Shown: piece after piece, positions 1 to 10,000 of the stretch
Layout of the letters: each line of letters begins with the position of its first letter
How positions within the stretch are numbered: the stretch's first letter is position 1
Origin: an uncultured bacterium
Lineage (GTDB): Bacteria > Armatimonadota > Hebobacteria > CAIYQO01
Assembly (NCBI GenBank): GCA_964638715.1
Contig: CAZWZF010000003.1
Span: 70,288-134,287, forward strand
Direction of reading: 5' to 3'
DNA: 64,000 nucleotides
Notes under the pieces: model-generated
Told to the model about the DNA's origin: nothing
Databases searched by the model: none
The model's input: only the letters and a program-made list of their open reading frames with translations
Program-made: the position numbers and the translations under genes

Positions 1-1
1 G

Positions 2-457
2 TTTGCTATTTATAAGTTGCGAACAATGCGCGTTGATGCTGAAACAAAAGGTATTCAGTGGTCCGGTGATGCTGATCCGCGGATAACTCCGGTTGGGAAG
101 TTCTTGCGTACAACTGCAATAGATGAAGTGCCTCAATTTTGGAATGTATTTACTGGTCAAATGAGTTTAGTTGGACCTCGTCCTGAAAGACCGGAAATAA
201 TTGAAGATTTATCAGTATCCGTGCCATTCTATAAAGTCCGTCTATTGGTTCCACCTGGTTTATCAGGCTGGGCACAGTTGCACCAAGGTGGTGATGCTGG
301 TATTGATGATGTTATCAATAAATTAAAATATGATATATATTACATAAAACACAGTTCATTTTTGTTAGATGCACAGATAATATTAGGTACCATACAAATG
401 ATGCTTCATATAGCTAAACCGAGGCCAAAGAAAAATGTTGATATGCCATCTAACTGA
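2..457 (+). CDS. polyprenyl-phosphate sugar phosphotransferase (bacterial sugar transferase family), C-terminal part; 5' end lies outside the window
   Basis: PQFWNVFTGQMSLVGPRPERP motif typical of the WbaP/EpsL sugar-transferase catalytic domain; reading frame is open back to the window edge. Confidence 0.75.
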   Translation, partial: FAIYKLRTMRVDAETKGIQWSGDADPRITPVGKFLRTTAIDEVPQFWNVFTGQMSLVGPRPERPEIIEDLSVSVPFYKVRLLVPPGLSGWAQLHQGGDAGIDDVINKLKYDIYYIKHSSFLLDAQIILGTIQMMLHIAKPRPKKNVDMPSN

Positions 458-1535
458 ATCTTTTGGTGGCGGTGTTGCAAGGCATATTACCGATATTATC
501 AAAAATGGTAACTTTGCTAACCATGTGTTGATTTATTCTACTGATAGAAAAGACACCGATAAAAAGAAGATTGATTTCTTAAAAGAAACGACTAACATAC
601 CAATATTTGAATTGCCAATGGGTGGCGTTAAAGCACTTTCAGCTATACCTGATCTACGCAAACTGTTAGGTGATATTAAACCTGATGTTTTACATATACA
701 CAGCAGTTTTGCGGGTATGACTGGCAGATTAGCTGCAAAGGATTTTGAATTTCCAGTTATTTATACTCCCCACGGTTTTGCATTTTTGCGTGTTACAGAC
801 CCTTTTAAAATTTTGTATGCTTTAATAGAGAGAAACTTGTCTAAATATACAGATAAAATAATTGCCGTTTCAAATTCAGAAAAATTAATTGCCATTAAAA
901 ATGGTATTGCAGAAGAAAAGATTATTGTTATTGAAAATGGCATAAATGATTTGATGTGCGATTATAATAAAACTGAATTGCGAAGAGAATGGGGGATATC
1001 AAATAAAGAAGTTGTGATATGCACTTTAGGAAGACCTGGTAAACAAAAAGGATATGATTTATTGAAAAAAGTCATATCAAAAGTATCTAAAAAAATAACA
1101 GATGATACAAAATTACGTTTTATAATTCCCATGAATACTGATTTTAAAAATATATCAGTGATTTTAAATAAGTCAGTAATAATTGATTTTGTATCAGCAT
1201 TAGATAAACCATCAGTTGTACTTGCATTGTCAGATATTTATATCTCAACTGCAAGATGGGAAGGTGGCCCTTATGGAATTTTAGAAGCCATGCAACATAA
1301 ATTGCCTGTAATAGCCTCTGATATTCCTGGTAACTGTGATTATGTTATAAACCAGGAAACAGGTTTATTGTTACCACCATCTTGTAATGAGTTTGCAAAT
1401 GCAGTGATTATGCTGTCATTAAATTCAGAATTAAGAGATAAATTAGGGGAGTCTGGTGAAATTCAGGTAAAAAATATATTCTCTTTAAGAAATATGTTGT
1501 TAAAATATACCAATCTATTAAACGGCTTAATTTGA
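435..1535 (+). CDS. glycosyltransferase family 4 (GT-B, group 1)
   Basis: C-terminal EGGPYGILEAMQHKLPVIASDIPG motif (GT4 EX7E region); overlaps the upstream sugar-transferase gene (operon). Confidence 0.75.
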   Translation: MLICHLTESFGGGVARHITDIIKNGNFANHVLIYSTDRKDTDKKKIDFLKETTNIPIFELPMGGVKALSAIPDLRKLLGDIKPDVLHIHSSFAGMTGRLAAKDFEFPVIYTPHGFAFLRVTDPFKILYALIERNLSKYTDKIIAVSNSEKLIAIKNGIAEEKIIVIENGINDLMCDYNKTELRREWGISNKEVVICTLGRPGKQKGYDLLKKVISKVSKKITDDTKLRFIIPMNTDFKNISVILNKSVIIDFVSALDKPSVVLALSDIYISTARWEGGPYGILEAMQHKLPVIASDIPGNCDYVINQETGLLLPPSCNEFANAVIMLSLNSELRDKLGESGEIQVKNIFSLRNMLLKYTNLLNGLI

Positions 1536-1742
1536 TAATGTTTAAAAGCCAAACAATTATGGGTATCAAATATAAAAAATAGCCTCTTCTCAAAGGCTAT
1601 TAAATTTTGGTATTATTAATTTAACGAAACTATGAAATGGGTGTTTTAAGTAAATAATCTCCCTTTTTCTTAATAGAAAAGGGGAATTTCTGTTTTTATT
1701 AACCAGAAATTATCGACAGGTATCCGCGGGGGATTCATACAA

Positions 1743-2894
1743 ATGAGCGACTTGAATAATGAAAAGAAAAAGGCATTTGTTGCCAAAGCCGGTCTTGAAG
1801 ATGTCGTCGCAGGAACATCAGAAATTTGTTTTATAGATGGACAAGACGGTAAATTAATTTATCGTGGTTATGATGTCGCTGATTTAGCAGAACATAGCAG
1901 TTTTGAAGAAGTTGCATATTTATTATGGTACGGTAGATTACCAGGGAAAATAGAATTTAAGGCGTTTCTGGATGGCTTTACAGGTTCTACCGAGTTGCCA
2001 ATAGAAACGGTCATGATACTGCGTATGTTTCCTAAAATCGCCACCCCGATGGAAGTACTACGTACGGCAGTTTCATCACTTGGTCACTGGGACCCGGATA
2101 GTGGTAATACACATTTAGACGCATGCCTTCGCAAAGCACAACGATTAACTGAAAGAATCCCATTATTAATTACTGCTCATCAACGTTTACGATCTGGTTA
2201 TGAGCCAATTCATCCGATTCAAGGTAAGAGTATTGCATATAATTTCTTATATACTCTTTTAGGTAAAGAACCTGACCCACTCGTTGAAAAAATATTCGAC
2301 CTTTGTTTAATTTTACATGCTGACCATGAATTAAACGCATCAACCTTTGCTGCCCGGGTTACCGCTGCAACTATGGCTGATATGTATTCGTCGGTAACAA
2401 GTGCAATCGGTGCATTGAAAGGGCCTTTACACGGTGGGGCAAATGAGCAAGTTATGAAAATGATATCTCAAATCGGCTCAGTTGATGTTGCAGAAGAATG
2501 GATTAAAAATGCTCTTGCAAATAAAGTTAAAATTCCTGGATTTGGACATAGGGTTTATCGAACAGAAGACCCGCGCGCAACTGTATTGCGTAAATTTGCA
2601 AAACAGTTATCTGATGCACAAGGCGACACCAGACTCTATGATATTGCATCAATTGTAGAATCTGTTGTACGTTCAAATACCAAGGTATACCCAAACGTCG
2701 ATTTCTATAGTGCCATTGTTTATCATGCAATGAATATACCTACTGAATTATTTACTCCTATTTTTGCTATGAGTCGTGTTACTGGCTGGACTGCTCATAT
2801 TATGGAACAGTGGGGGAACAACCGAATTATTAGACCACGAGCTGAATATGAAGGACCGGTTGATCAGGTTTATACACCTATAGATGAAAGATAA
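1743..2894 (+). CDS. gltA: citrate synthase (short ~380-aa type)
   Basis: GFGHRVYRTEDPRA signature, HADHELNAST motif; consistent length. Confidence 0.85.
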   Translation: MSDLNNEKKKAFVAKAGLEDVVAGTSEICFIDGQDGKLIYRGYDVADLAEHSSFEEVAYLLWYGRLPGKIEFKAFLDGFTGSTELPIETVMILRMFPKIATPMEVLRTAVSSLGHWDPDSGNTHLDACLRKAQRLTERIPLLITAHQRLRSGYEPIHPIQGKSIAYNFLYTLLGKEPDPLVEKIFDLCLILHADHELNASTFAARVTAATMADMYSSVTSAIGALKGPLHGGANEQVMKMISQIGSVDVAEEWIKNALANKVKIPGFGHRVYRTEDPRATVLRKFAKQLSDAQGDTRLYDIASIVESVVRSNTKVYPNVDFYSAIVYHAMNIPTELFTPIFAMSRVTGWTAHIMEQWGNNRIIRPRAEYEGPVDQVYTPIDER

Positions 2895-3002
2895 GAACTT
2901 TTTCAGACCGTCCTTAAAAAGACGGTCTTTTTGTTGTGCTGTATGGTAAAATACTTTTGTTGGGTCTATTAACCCGACTAATAAACTTATGGAGGTATAG
3001 AA

Positions 3003-3554
3003 TTGAAAACAAAACAGATTGTATTTTTAACAGTCTTACTCGCTGGTCTGATGGTTTTTGCGTTTGCGCAGGGACATGATTGGGGTGGACAAGGTGGCGG
3101 TCCAGAAGGCAGACCACCAATGCGCGACGGAATGGGTATGGGTGGTTTCGGTGGTGGTATGTATAGCGATATGACACCTGAAGTTGTCGCTAAAGTAAAA
3201 ACAATAATGGCTGCTGGTGAGAAATTAGCCCAACCCCATAAAGATAAAGCAATGGCTATCGAGAAAGATATTCAAACAGCTTTTATGGCGAAAAAAGTTG
3301 ATGTTAAAAAAGTAAACGCATTAATTGCAAAGGAAGGTGCTGAAAATATTGCGGCACGTCAGGCAATGACTGCATCATTAATTAAGTTAAAGCCGATTGT
3401 TACTGAAGAACAATACAAACGAATGATCAGTGCAAGAGGAATGATGATGGGTGGTCGTCGAAGAATGGGCAATCCAGATAATGCTCCTGTACCAGCCGGT
3501 AAACCTGTCGTTAAACCGACAGCAAAACCAGCTGTCAAGCCAGCTAAAAAGTAA
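3003..3554 (+). CDS. Spy/CpxP-like (LTXXQ-type) periplasmic protein with Gly-rich N-region and C-terminal KP-rich repeats
   Basis: Signal peptide; MTPEV and VTEEQ LTXXQ-like motifs; C-terminal KPVVKPTAKPAVKPAKK repeats; TTG start with GGAGG RBS. Confidence 0.45.
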   Translation: MKTKQIVFLTVLLAGLMVFAFAQGHDWGGQGGGPEGRPPMRDGMGMGGFGGGMYSDMTPEVVAKVKTIMAAGEKLAQPHKDKAMAIEKDIQTAFMAKKVDVKKVNALIAKEGAENIAARQAMTASLIKLKPIVTEEQYKRMISARGMMMGGRRRMGNPDNAPVPAGKPVVKPTAKPAVKPAKK

Positions 3555-3663
3555 ATTTCTTTTTCATTGGCACTTAATTCTTTTATTCTGTGCCGATGAT
3601 TTTTTAAGCTATTTTAATACTGCAACTTAATTTGCTATAATTAATCAACAAAGGGGATATATA

Positions 3664-5244
3664 GTGCAAAAGATCCAGATATACGACACAACATTACGTG
3701 ATGGCGCGCAAGCAGCCGGGATATCATATTCAGTTAATGATAAAATTCGTATTGCTCAGCATTTAGATAAGCTTGGTGTTGATTATATTGAAGGTGGTTG
3801 GCCATCACCAGCAAGTCCTCGTGATATGGAATTCTTTGCTGCAATGAAAAATTATCCACTGCAAAATGCGCGACTTGCAGCATTTGGTTCAACGTGTCGA
3901 AGCAATGTTGCAGCTAAAGATGACGACCAGTTATTGCAATTGGTTGCCGCTGGCACAAAAGTTATAACTATTTTTGGAAAGTCATGGGATTTACATGTTA
4001 TCCACGCCATAAGAACTACTCTTGAAGAAAATTTAAGAATGATTGAAGATTCAGTATCTTTTCTTGTTAGCAATGGTGTTGAAGTAATCTATGATGCCGA
4101 ACATTTTTTTGATGGATATAAAGCCAATGATGAATATGCATTAAAGACTATACAAGCCGCAGAACAAGGCGGAGCCAGTCGCATAGTATTATGTGATACA
4201 AATGGCGGAAGTATGGTTAGTGATGCGCTTCAAGGTGTGATGGCTGCTTCTGCAGCAGTTTCCATACCTTTAGGAATTCATGCTCATGATGATAGCGGAC
4301 TTTCTGTTGCCATTACATTGGCAGCAGTTCAGGCTGGCGCATATCATGTTCAGGGAACTATAAATGGATATGGTGAACGATGCGGAAATGCTAACTTATG
4401 CAGTATCATTCCTAATCTTGAAATAAAAATGGGTTACGCAGTATTACCAGAAGGGCAACTTGAAAAGTTGACTGCTGCAGCGCATTTCGTAGCAGAAATA
4501 GCAAATGTACATCCACCAGAAAATGATGCTTATGTAGGCATTAATGCGTTTGCTCATAAAGGTGGCGTGCATATTGATTCAGTAATGAAACTGAAAAAGA
4601 CTTATGAACATATTGTGCCGGAATTAGTTGGTAATTCTACTGACATGCTTGTCTCTGATCAATCTGGTACCAGTACAGTAGTTGAAAGAGCTAAAAGAAT
4701 TGGTATTGAATTAGATAAGAAATCTTCAACTACAAAAGATATTTTGAAAAAGCTAAAAGATAAAGAAAATGATGGCTATGAATTTGAAGCTGCTGAAGCA
4801 TCATTCGAGTTGCTTTTACGAAGAAATTTAGAGAATATCACTCCGCCTTTTCAGGTGGTGGATTTCCGCGTAATCGTTGGCGGTACAACTAAAGGCAGCG
4901 AACCATTATCTGAAGCTATTGTAAGAGTCAAGATTGGTGATATTGAAAAGCATACTGTTGCTGATGGCGATGGTCCAGTTCATGCATTGGATGGTGCATT
5001 GAGAAAAGCTTTAGAGGAACATTTTCCTGACTTAAAGAAGATACGACTGTCCGACTTTAAAGTTCGTGTATGCAATGTTAAGGCTGGTACTGCCGCCAAG
5101 GTTCGTGTATTAGTTGAAACTGTTGATGAATATGGATATTCATGGGCTACAATCGGTGTTCATGAAAACATTATCATTGCGAGCTTAGAAGCATTATCTG
5201 ATGCATTGTTTTACGCGTTAATTCAAAATAAGAAAAATCAATAA
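3664..5244 (+). CDS. cimA: (R)-citramalate synthase / 2-isopropylmalate synthase family (CimA-like)
   Basis: N-terminal YDTTLRDGAQ and GGWPSPASP motifs (HMGL-like DRE-TIM), HxH metal site, C-terminal LeuA-dimerisation-like domain; ~526 aa as for CimA; extended -10 TGCTATAAT upstream. Confidence 0.65.
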   Translation: MQKIQIYDTTLRDGAQAAGISYSVNDKIRIAQHLDKLGVDYIEGGWPSPASPRDMEFFAAMKNYPLQNARLAAFGSTCRSNVAAKDDDQLLQLVAAGTKVITIFGKSWDLHVIHAIRTTLEENLRMIEDSVSFLVSNGVEVIYDAEHFFDGYKANDEYALKTIQAAEQGGASRIVLCDTNGGSMVSDALQGVMAASAAVSIPLGIHAHDDSGLSVAITLAAVQAGAYHVQGTINGYGERCGNANLCSIIPNLEIKMGYAVLPEGQLEKLTAAAHFVAEIANVHPPENDAYVGINAFAHKGGVHIDSVMKLKKTYEHIVPELVGNSTDMLVSDQSGTSTVVERAKRIGIELDKKSSTTKDILKKLKDKENDGYEFEAAEASFELLLRRNLENITPPFQVVDFRVIVGGTTKGSEPLSEAIVRVKIGDIEKHTVADGDGPVHALDGALRKALEEHFPDLKKIRLSDFKVRVCNVKAGTAAKVRVLVETVDEYGYSWATIGVHENIIIASLEALSDALFYALIQNKKNQ

Positions 5245-6251
5245 TTACGGCGATATGCGTTAATACCATAAGTGTGATTAACAGTTGGTTCGCTGCGTAG
5301 TTGTGTCCAGTGGTAGTGCATCATTTGGAACATTGTTTGCGGGTCAAAACCCGATTGAAATGCTGCATGAAGTGCACTGCCCAGTTCTGGAGAAAGTCCT
5401 GGACGAACTACATTGGCTTGTGGATGTATTCTGTTTATACGTTCTGCCAACATTTGCCAGAAATTTCCACCCAGATATGTTATTACACCTCCTCCGAATG
5501 AAACGTCTGGAGTATCACATCCTGTTTTTGGTATTATATTGCATGCTGTTAAAGCATAGTCATCGGCAGCTTCATTAACAATTCTGGTCGCTTCCGGGTC
5601 GCCTAATCGCCAACAATTCACTACAACTGATATTATTCTTGACATTTTATCCCACTCAATTTCCTGTTGGAAAATAATTTCTGCAAATTGTTGTTCGTCA
5701 GGAATTTTTAAATATTCAAGCAATGCATGTTTTAATTGAGTTTCTTTAATTCTTCCATCTATCATCCTTGCAACAGTTTTAATTGCACTTTTTCTTATAT
5801 CATAATTTTCACCGATATTTAAATGGTCAAAAAGCTTCTCATCACCAAACCTTGTGCGGTAAGCACTGGTGAATCCACTGCCTATTTGCAATATTATCGC
5901 TTGTCGTGATGAAGAAACTGCCCATAAAGCACTTATACCATCATTAGTTAATATTAAATTTTGAGGCGGTATTTCTAAACCTGATGAAATTCCTGCATGT
6001 TGGATAGCAAATTCTGAGCGAAAATCTACACCATTTAATCCAATACATACACTATTAAGATGGCTACGATCTGTATTTGCATGATCGCATAAATCATCGA
6101 TTAATCCTACTAAAATCTTAATGGAAGCTTTTGAAGGAGCTCCTGAGATAGCCGATGCAAAACCGCTGCTTTGTGCAAGCAATTCACCTCTATCATTTAT
6201 TAAGACTCCGCGGGTTTTACTTTCCCCGCCATCAATTCCTAAAAATAACAT
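5238..6251 (-). CDS. BadF/BadG/BcrA/BcrD-type ATPase (N-acetylglucosamine kinase-like, ASKHA fold)
   Basis: N-terminal LGIDGGESKTR phosphate-1 motif and overall BadF-type architecture. Confidence 0.6.
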   Translation of the reverse strand: MLFLGIDGGESKTRGVLINDRGELLAQSSGFASAISGAPSKASIKILVGLIDDLCDHANTDRSHLNSVCIGLNGVDFRSEFAIQHAGISSGLEIPPQNLILTNDGISALWAVSSSRQAIILQIGSGFTSAYRTRFGDEKLFDHLNIGENYDIRKSAIKTVARMIDGRIKETQLKHALLEYLKIPDEQQFAEIIFQQEIEWDKMSRIISVVVNCWRLGDPEATRIVNEAADDYALTACNIIPKTGCDTPDVSFGGGVITYLGGNFWQMLAERINRIHPQANVVRPGLSPELGSALHAAFQSGFDPQTMFQMMHYHWTQLRSEPTVNHTYGINAYRRNY

Positions 6252-6915
6252 AATACTACCCTATATTTATTATTATCTCCACAAAGTTTTATCTTAAACA
6301 TTATAACATTTTTTAACAACGTGAATAGAGTCATCATAACTATAAGTTACTTAATTTTAAGTAATTATCAAGATTGACCATATATAAGGTAAATGCAATT
6401 AATGTTGTTAACCAGATAATAATTACATCCATTGTAATAAATTAAGCAATAAATTATACTTTGAAAGAAGATACAATAATGAAAGGTTTTTATGACGGAT
6501 ATTTTCTCTTATATTTCTATAATTTCTTTTTTTATCATAGCATTTCTTTTATCACGGGCAATTAAGCCATCAAATAGAATAGAAGGCTTTCTATCATTTG
6601 TTCTTTTTTTAGTTTATCAGTTGTAACAGTGCCCCGTCCCCGGTTAAATGAAATTGAACGTATGCCGGAAGATGCAGTGGTAGGTGTAGATTATCCACAG
6701 ATAAATTATCTGTTTTTTGGTGAAAAGTTATCTCGTCATGTTGTCCCATTAATACCATATTCAAATCGTAACACATCTTTGCCGCTTTCTGCTGATACTG
6801 ACTTATTGATATATTCTGAAGATTCACCATTATATAAAAAGGAGATCCTGTAATAATAGGTGGCCATGATTGATATGGAACAATATTTTATAGAGAAATT
6901 AAAGGAAAGAAATAG

Positions 6916-7569
6916 ATGTTGAAAGCTGTAATTTTTGATTTTGACGGCACAATTTTAGATACTGAATCTCGTGAATATACAATATGGTCAGAAATTTATA
7001 ATAGTTATAATCAAATTTTACCGATTGATTTATGGGTAAAATTTATCGGTACTACCTGGGGTTCATTTGATCCCGCTATGCATTTACAAGAATTTTGCGA
7101 TGAAAAAATTGACATAAAGAATATTAAATCAATTGCTCATGAAAAATTCCTGGCTCTTCTGGATGTATCACCTTTACGATCAGGGATAGAGGAGTTGATA
7201 ACTGAATTGGTTAACAATTCAATTTTACTGGCAATAGCATCAAGTTCACCATTTCATTGGATAAAAAGACATTTAGAACATAGAGGATTATTAAATAAAT
7301 TCTCCTATATCTCAACTGCTGATGATGTTGAGATTGTTAAGCCGGCACCAGACATATATAGAAGTTTATTAAATAAAATGAACCTTGTTTCAGCAGATGT
7401 AGTGTCATTTGAAGATAGTAGAAATGGGATAAAATCATCATTGGCATCTGGTATATTTTGTATTGCTGTTCCAAATGAAATTACAAAATATACTGATCTA
7501 TCAGAAGCCAACATGATAATTTCATCAATGAAAGATATCAAATTATCTGAATTGAAAAGATTAGTATAA
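6916..7569 (+). CDS. HAD-IA family hydrolase (beta-phosphoglucomutase-like)
   Basis: VIFDFDGTILDTE motif I, FEDSRNGIKSS motif. Confidence 0.75.
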   Translation: MLKAVIFDFDGTILDTESREYTIWSEIYNSYNQILPIDLWVKFIGTTWGSFDPAMHLQEFCDEKIDIKNIKSIAHEKFLALLDVSPLRSGIEELITELVNNSILLAIASSSPFHWIKRHLEHRGLLNKFSYISTADDVEIVKPAPDIYRSLLNKMNLVSADVVSFEDSRNGIKSSLASGIFCIAVPNEITKYTDLSEANMIISSMKDIKLSELKRLV

Positions 7570-8700
7570 GGTTTTATAAATATTAATCCACATGGCAGAT
7601 TCGTGATGAAGTGTGAATTGGTCTAAAATTGTATTTCGTGCGTTAGCACTCATTTCTTGAAGAAAATTGTCGGGAAGGTTGATTAATTCAATACAGGCTT
7701 CACCAAGTCGTGGTAAATCATCAGGCGAAATAAGTATACCGTTTTCACCATGGGTGATCATATCAGGTATCCCGCCAGTTTTAGTGCCGATTACAATTTT
7801 ACCGCATGCCATAGCTTCCAACACACTATTTGGCATTCCATCCCATAATGATGGTGAAAAGAAAAAGTCGCAAATATTATATAATTCTGATAATTTATAC
7901 TCATCAGTCATGTATGGTATAAATATGATTTTATCTCGTAATTCTGGATATTTTAATAGATAGTTCTCTTTTTCGATATTATCTCTTACCTCTCCGACAA
8001 TTAGTAATTTACAGGGAAATTTTACGTTTAATTCTCGAAACGCTTCAAAAATAAAAGGTTGTCCTTTTTTAAAGCGCATTTCACCGGTGAATAAAAATAT
8101 CTTTGCATCATTAATATTAAGGTCAGTCAATAATTGTTGGTTTTTCTTTCTCGGGGTAAATATTTGTGTATCAACCCCATTAGGTGTATAAATAATCCCT
8201 GATTTTCTATTTGATAATACTGCAGATTTATTGGCAGCTTCAGTTGATACTGTCGATATTAAATCTGCATTTTCTAATGTCCAAATTAAATGTTGAAAAG
8301 TGTCGCTTCGATGTATTCCACGGTCAAGGTCATTTCCTCTGATACTTGTAATTGATTTCAACTTATTCAATTTTGAACAGTATACAGCTAAAAAGCCGGC
8401 TGGAAATAGACCGTGTCCATGAATAATATCGAAATCAACTTTCCGATGAAGCCCGTTTATAATTAACTCAACCCATTGCATCGCAGTATCAAACTCAGGG
8501 AATAAACCAATCTGATGTATTATTCTTCCGCTGTCATCTGAATTACTTATTATCTCTCCGGCATTTAATGTCGTTGAAAGATGTAGAATATGTATGGTAT
8601 TGCCTGCATCAGCTAATATTTTACTGATTCTCTCTGCTGATTTTGCCGCGCCACCCAGGTCTGAAGTATACCTATCTGTAATAAATAATATTTTCATCAA
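7561..8700 (-). CDS. glycosyltransferase family 4
   Basis: LEAMACGKIVIGTKTGGIPDMI motif; N-terminal GT-B fold; gene end abuts the kdsB start. Confidence 0.75.
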   Translation of the reverse strand: MMKILFITDRYTSDLGGAAKSAERISKILADAGNTIHILHLSTTLNAGEIISNSDDSGRIIHQIGLFPEFDTAMQWVELIINGLHRKVDFDIIHGHGLFPAGFLAVYCSKLNKLKSITSIRGNDLDRGIHRSDTFQHLIWTLENADLISTVSTEAANKSAVLSNRKSGIIYTPNGVDTQIFTPRKKNQQLLTDLNINDAKIFLFTGEMRFKKGQPFIFEAFRELNVKFPCKLLIVGEVRDNIEKENYLLKYPELRDKIIFIPYMTDEYKLSELYNICDFFFSPSLWDGMPNSVLEAMACGKIVIGTKTGGIPDMITHGENGILISPDDLPRLGEACIELINLPDNFLQEMSANARNTILDQFTLHHESAMWINIYKTLY

Positions 8701-9441
8701 TTAAAATGAACCGCCACTTAAAATCTTGCGAACCATTTCAAAATCTTCCGGGGTATCAACACCTATAGAATGGTCTTCTACTTCAACCATTTTAATTTTA
8801 TAACCATTTTCTAATGCACGAAGCTGCTCTAATTTTTCAATCTGTTCTAAATTTGTCGGTTGCATTGCCGCATATTTTAACAAAAAATTTCTTCTGAAAG
8901 CATATAAACCAATATGCTTCTTCCATTGGCTTGCTGATATTGCACCATCGCGAAGATAAGGTATTGGTGATCTTGAAAAATATAATGCAAAATTATCATT
9001 ATCTACGACTACTTTTACTACATTTGGATCTGCTGCCCGTTTCGGGTCATTTAAGGCTGCCATTAGGCTAACCATAGGAATCATGGGTTCTATTAACATT
9101 GGCTGTATTGCGGCATCGATTGAAGCCGGATCAATTAATGGTTCGTCACCTTGAATATTTACGATAATATCAACACCAGTCATTTTTGCAGCAACTTCGG
9201 CAATTCTATCTGTACCAGTTGCATGGTTTGGGCTGGTCATTATAGCTTCACCACCGAATTCTTTTATAATGTCATATATCCTTTGATCGTCTGTTGCTAC
9301 AATTACGTCGGTTAATAATGTTGATCTTACCGCGCGGTCATATACATGTTGAATCATCGGACGTCCGTTTAACATAGCTAATGGTTTACCCGGAAATCTT
9401 GTTGATGCATATCGAGCTGGTATAATACCCATAACTATCAT
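8701..9441 (-). CDS. kdsB: 3-deoxy-manno-octulosonate cytidylyltransferase (CMP-KDO synthetase)
   Basis: MGIIPARYASTRFPGKPL N-terminus and overall KdsB similarity. Confidence 0.85.
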   Translation of the reverse strand: MIVMGIIPARYASTRFPGKPLAMLNGRPMIQHVYDRAVRSTLLTDVIVATDDQRIYDIIKEFGGEAIMTSPNHATGTDRIAEVAAKMTGVDIIVNIQGDEPLIDPASIDAAIQPMLIEPMIPMVSLMAALNDPKRAADPNVVKVVVDNDNFALYFSRSPIPYLRDGAISASQWKKHIGLYAFRRNFLLKYAAMQPTNLEQIEKLEQLRALENGYKIKMVEVEDHSIGVDTPEDFEMVRKILSGGSF

Positions 9442-10000
9442 AATTGCTTTACCTCAAATTAATAATTAAACATCTGCTATTGAAATCCTTTGTATTTTTA
9501 GGTTTACAATATAATTTTTGAAAAAATTGTTAATTATATGCCAATATATGATATTCTGTACAAGAATATGCTATAATATAAAACAGATAATGTTGATGTA
9601 GTATGTTTCTTTGAAATATCTATTCCTGGAAAATTAGATTTCGTTAACATCATTAAAGTAACACAATTATACTTTACACTGTTTTACTCATGAAATATAT
9701 TGATTTTTCTATAGCGCAAATGGGTAAATTGTTAATAGAGTTATTAACAGCATCATGAATATGAAAGATATTAATTAATGTTTATCATATTCATGTTGAA
9801 TGTAATAATAACTGATAAATTATTAAACATGGAATATCAAATTAAAGTCAAAATGTTGAATTTGTTTTAGAACAATGCCATATTATCGAAATAATGTTAT
9901 TCAGATATCAAACTTGTTAATTATACAAAGTTTATTCAAGCAAATAAACCTGCATATAATGGCTGTCGAAGTTTTATAGTCATAACATTAAGGATTTCGC

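Noticed and set aside
6609-6853. Overlapping + and - strand 73-74-aa ORFs in the AT-rich intergenic region
   Set aside because: No recognisable domain; the + ORF needs a GTG start without an RBS. Noted only as a possible small ORF in findings, not annotated.
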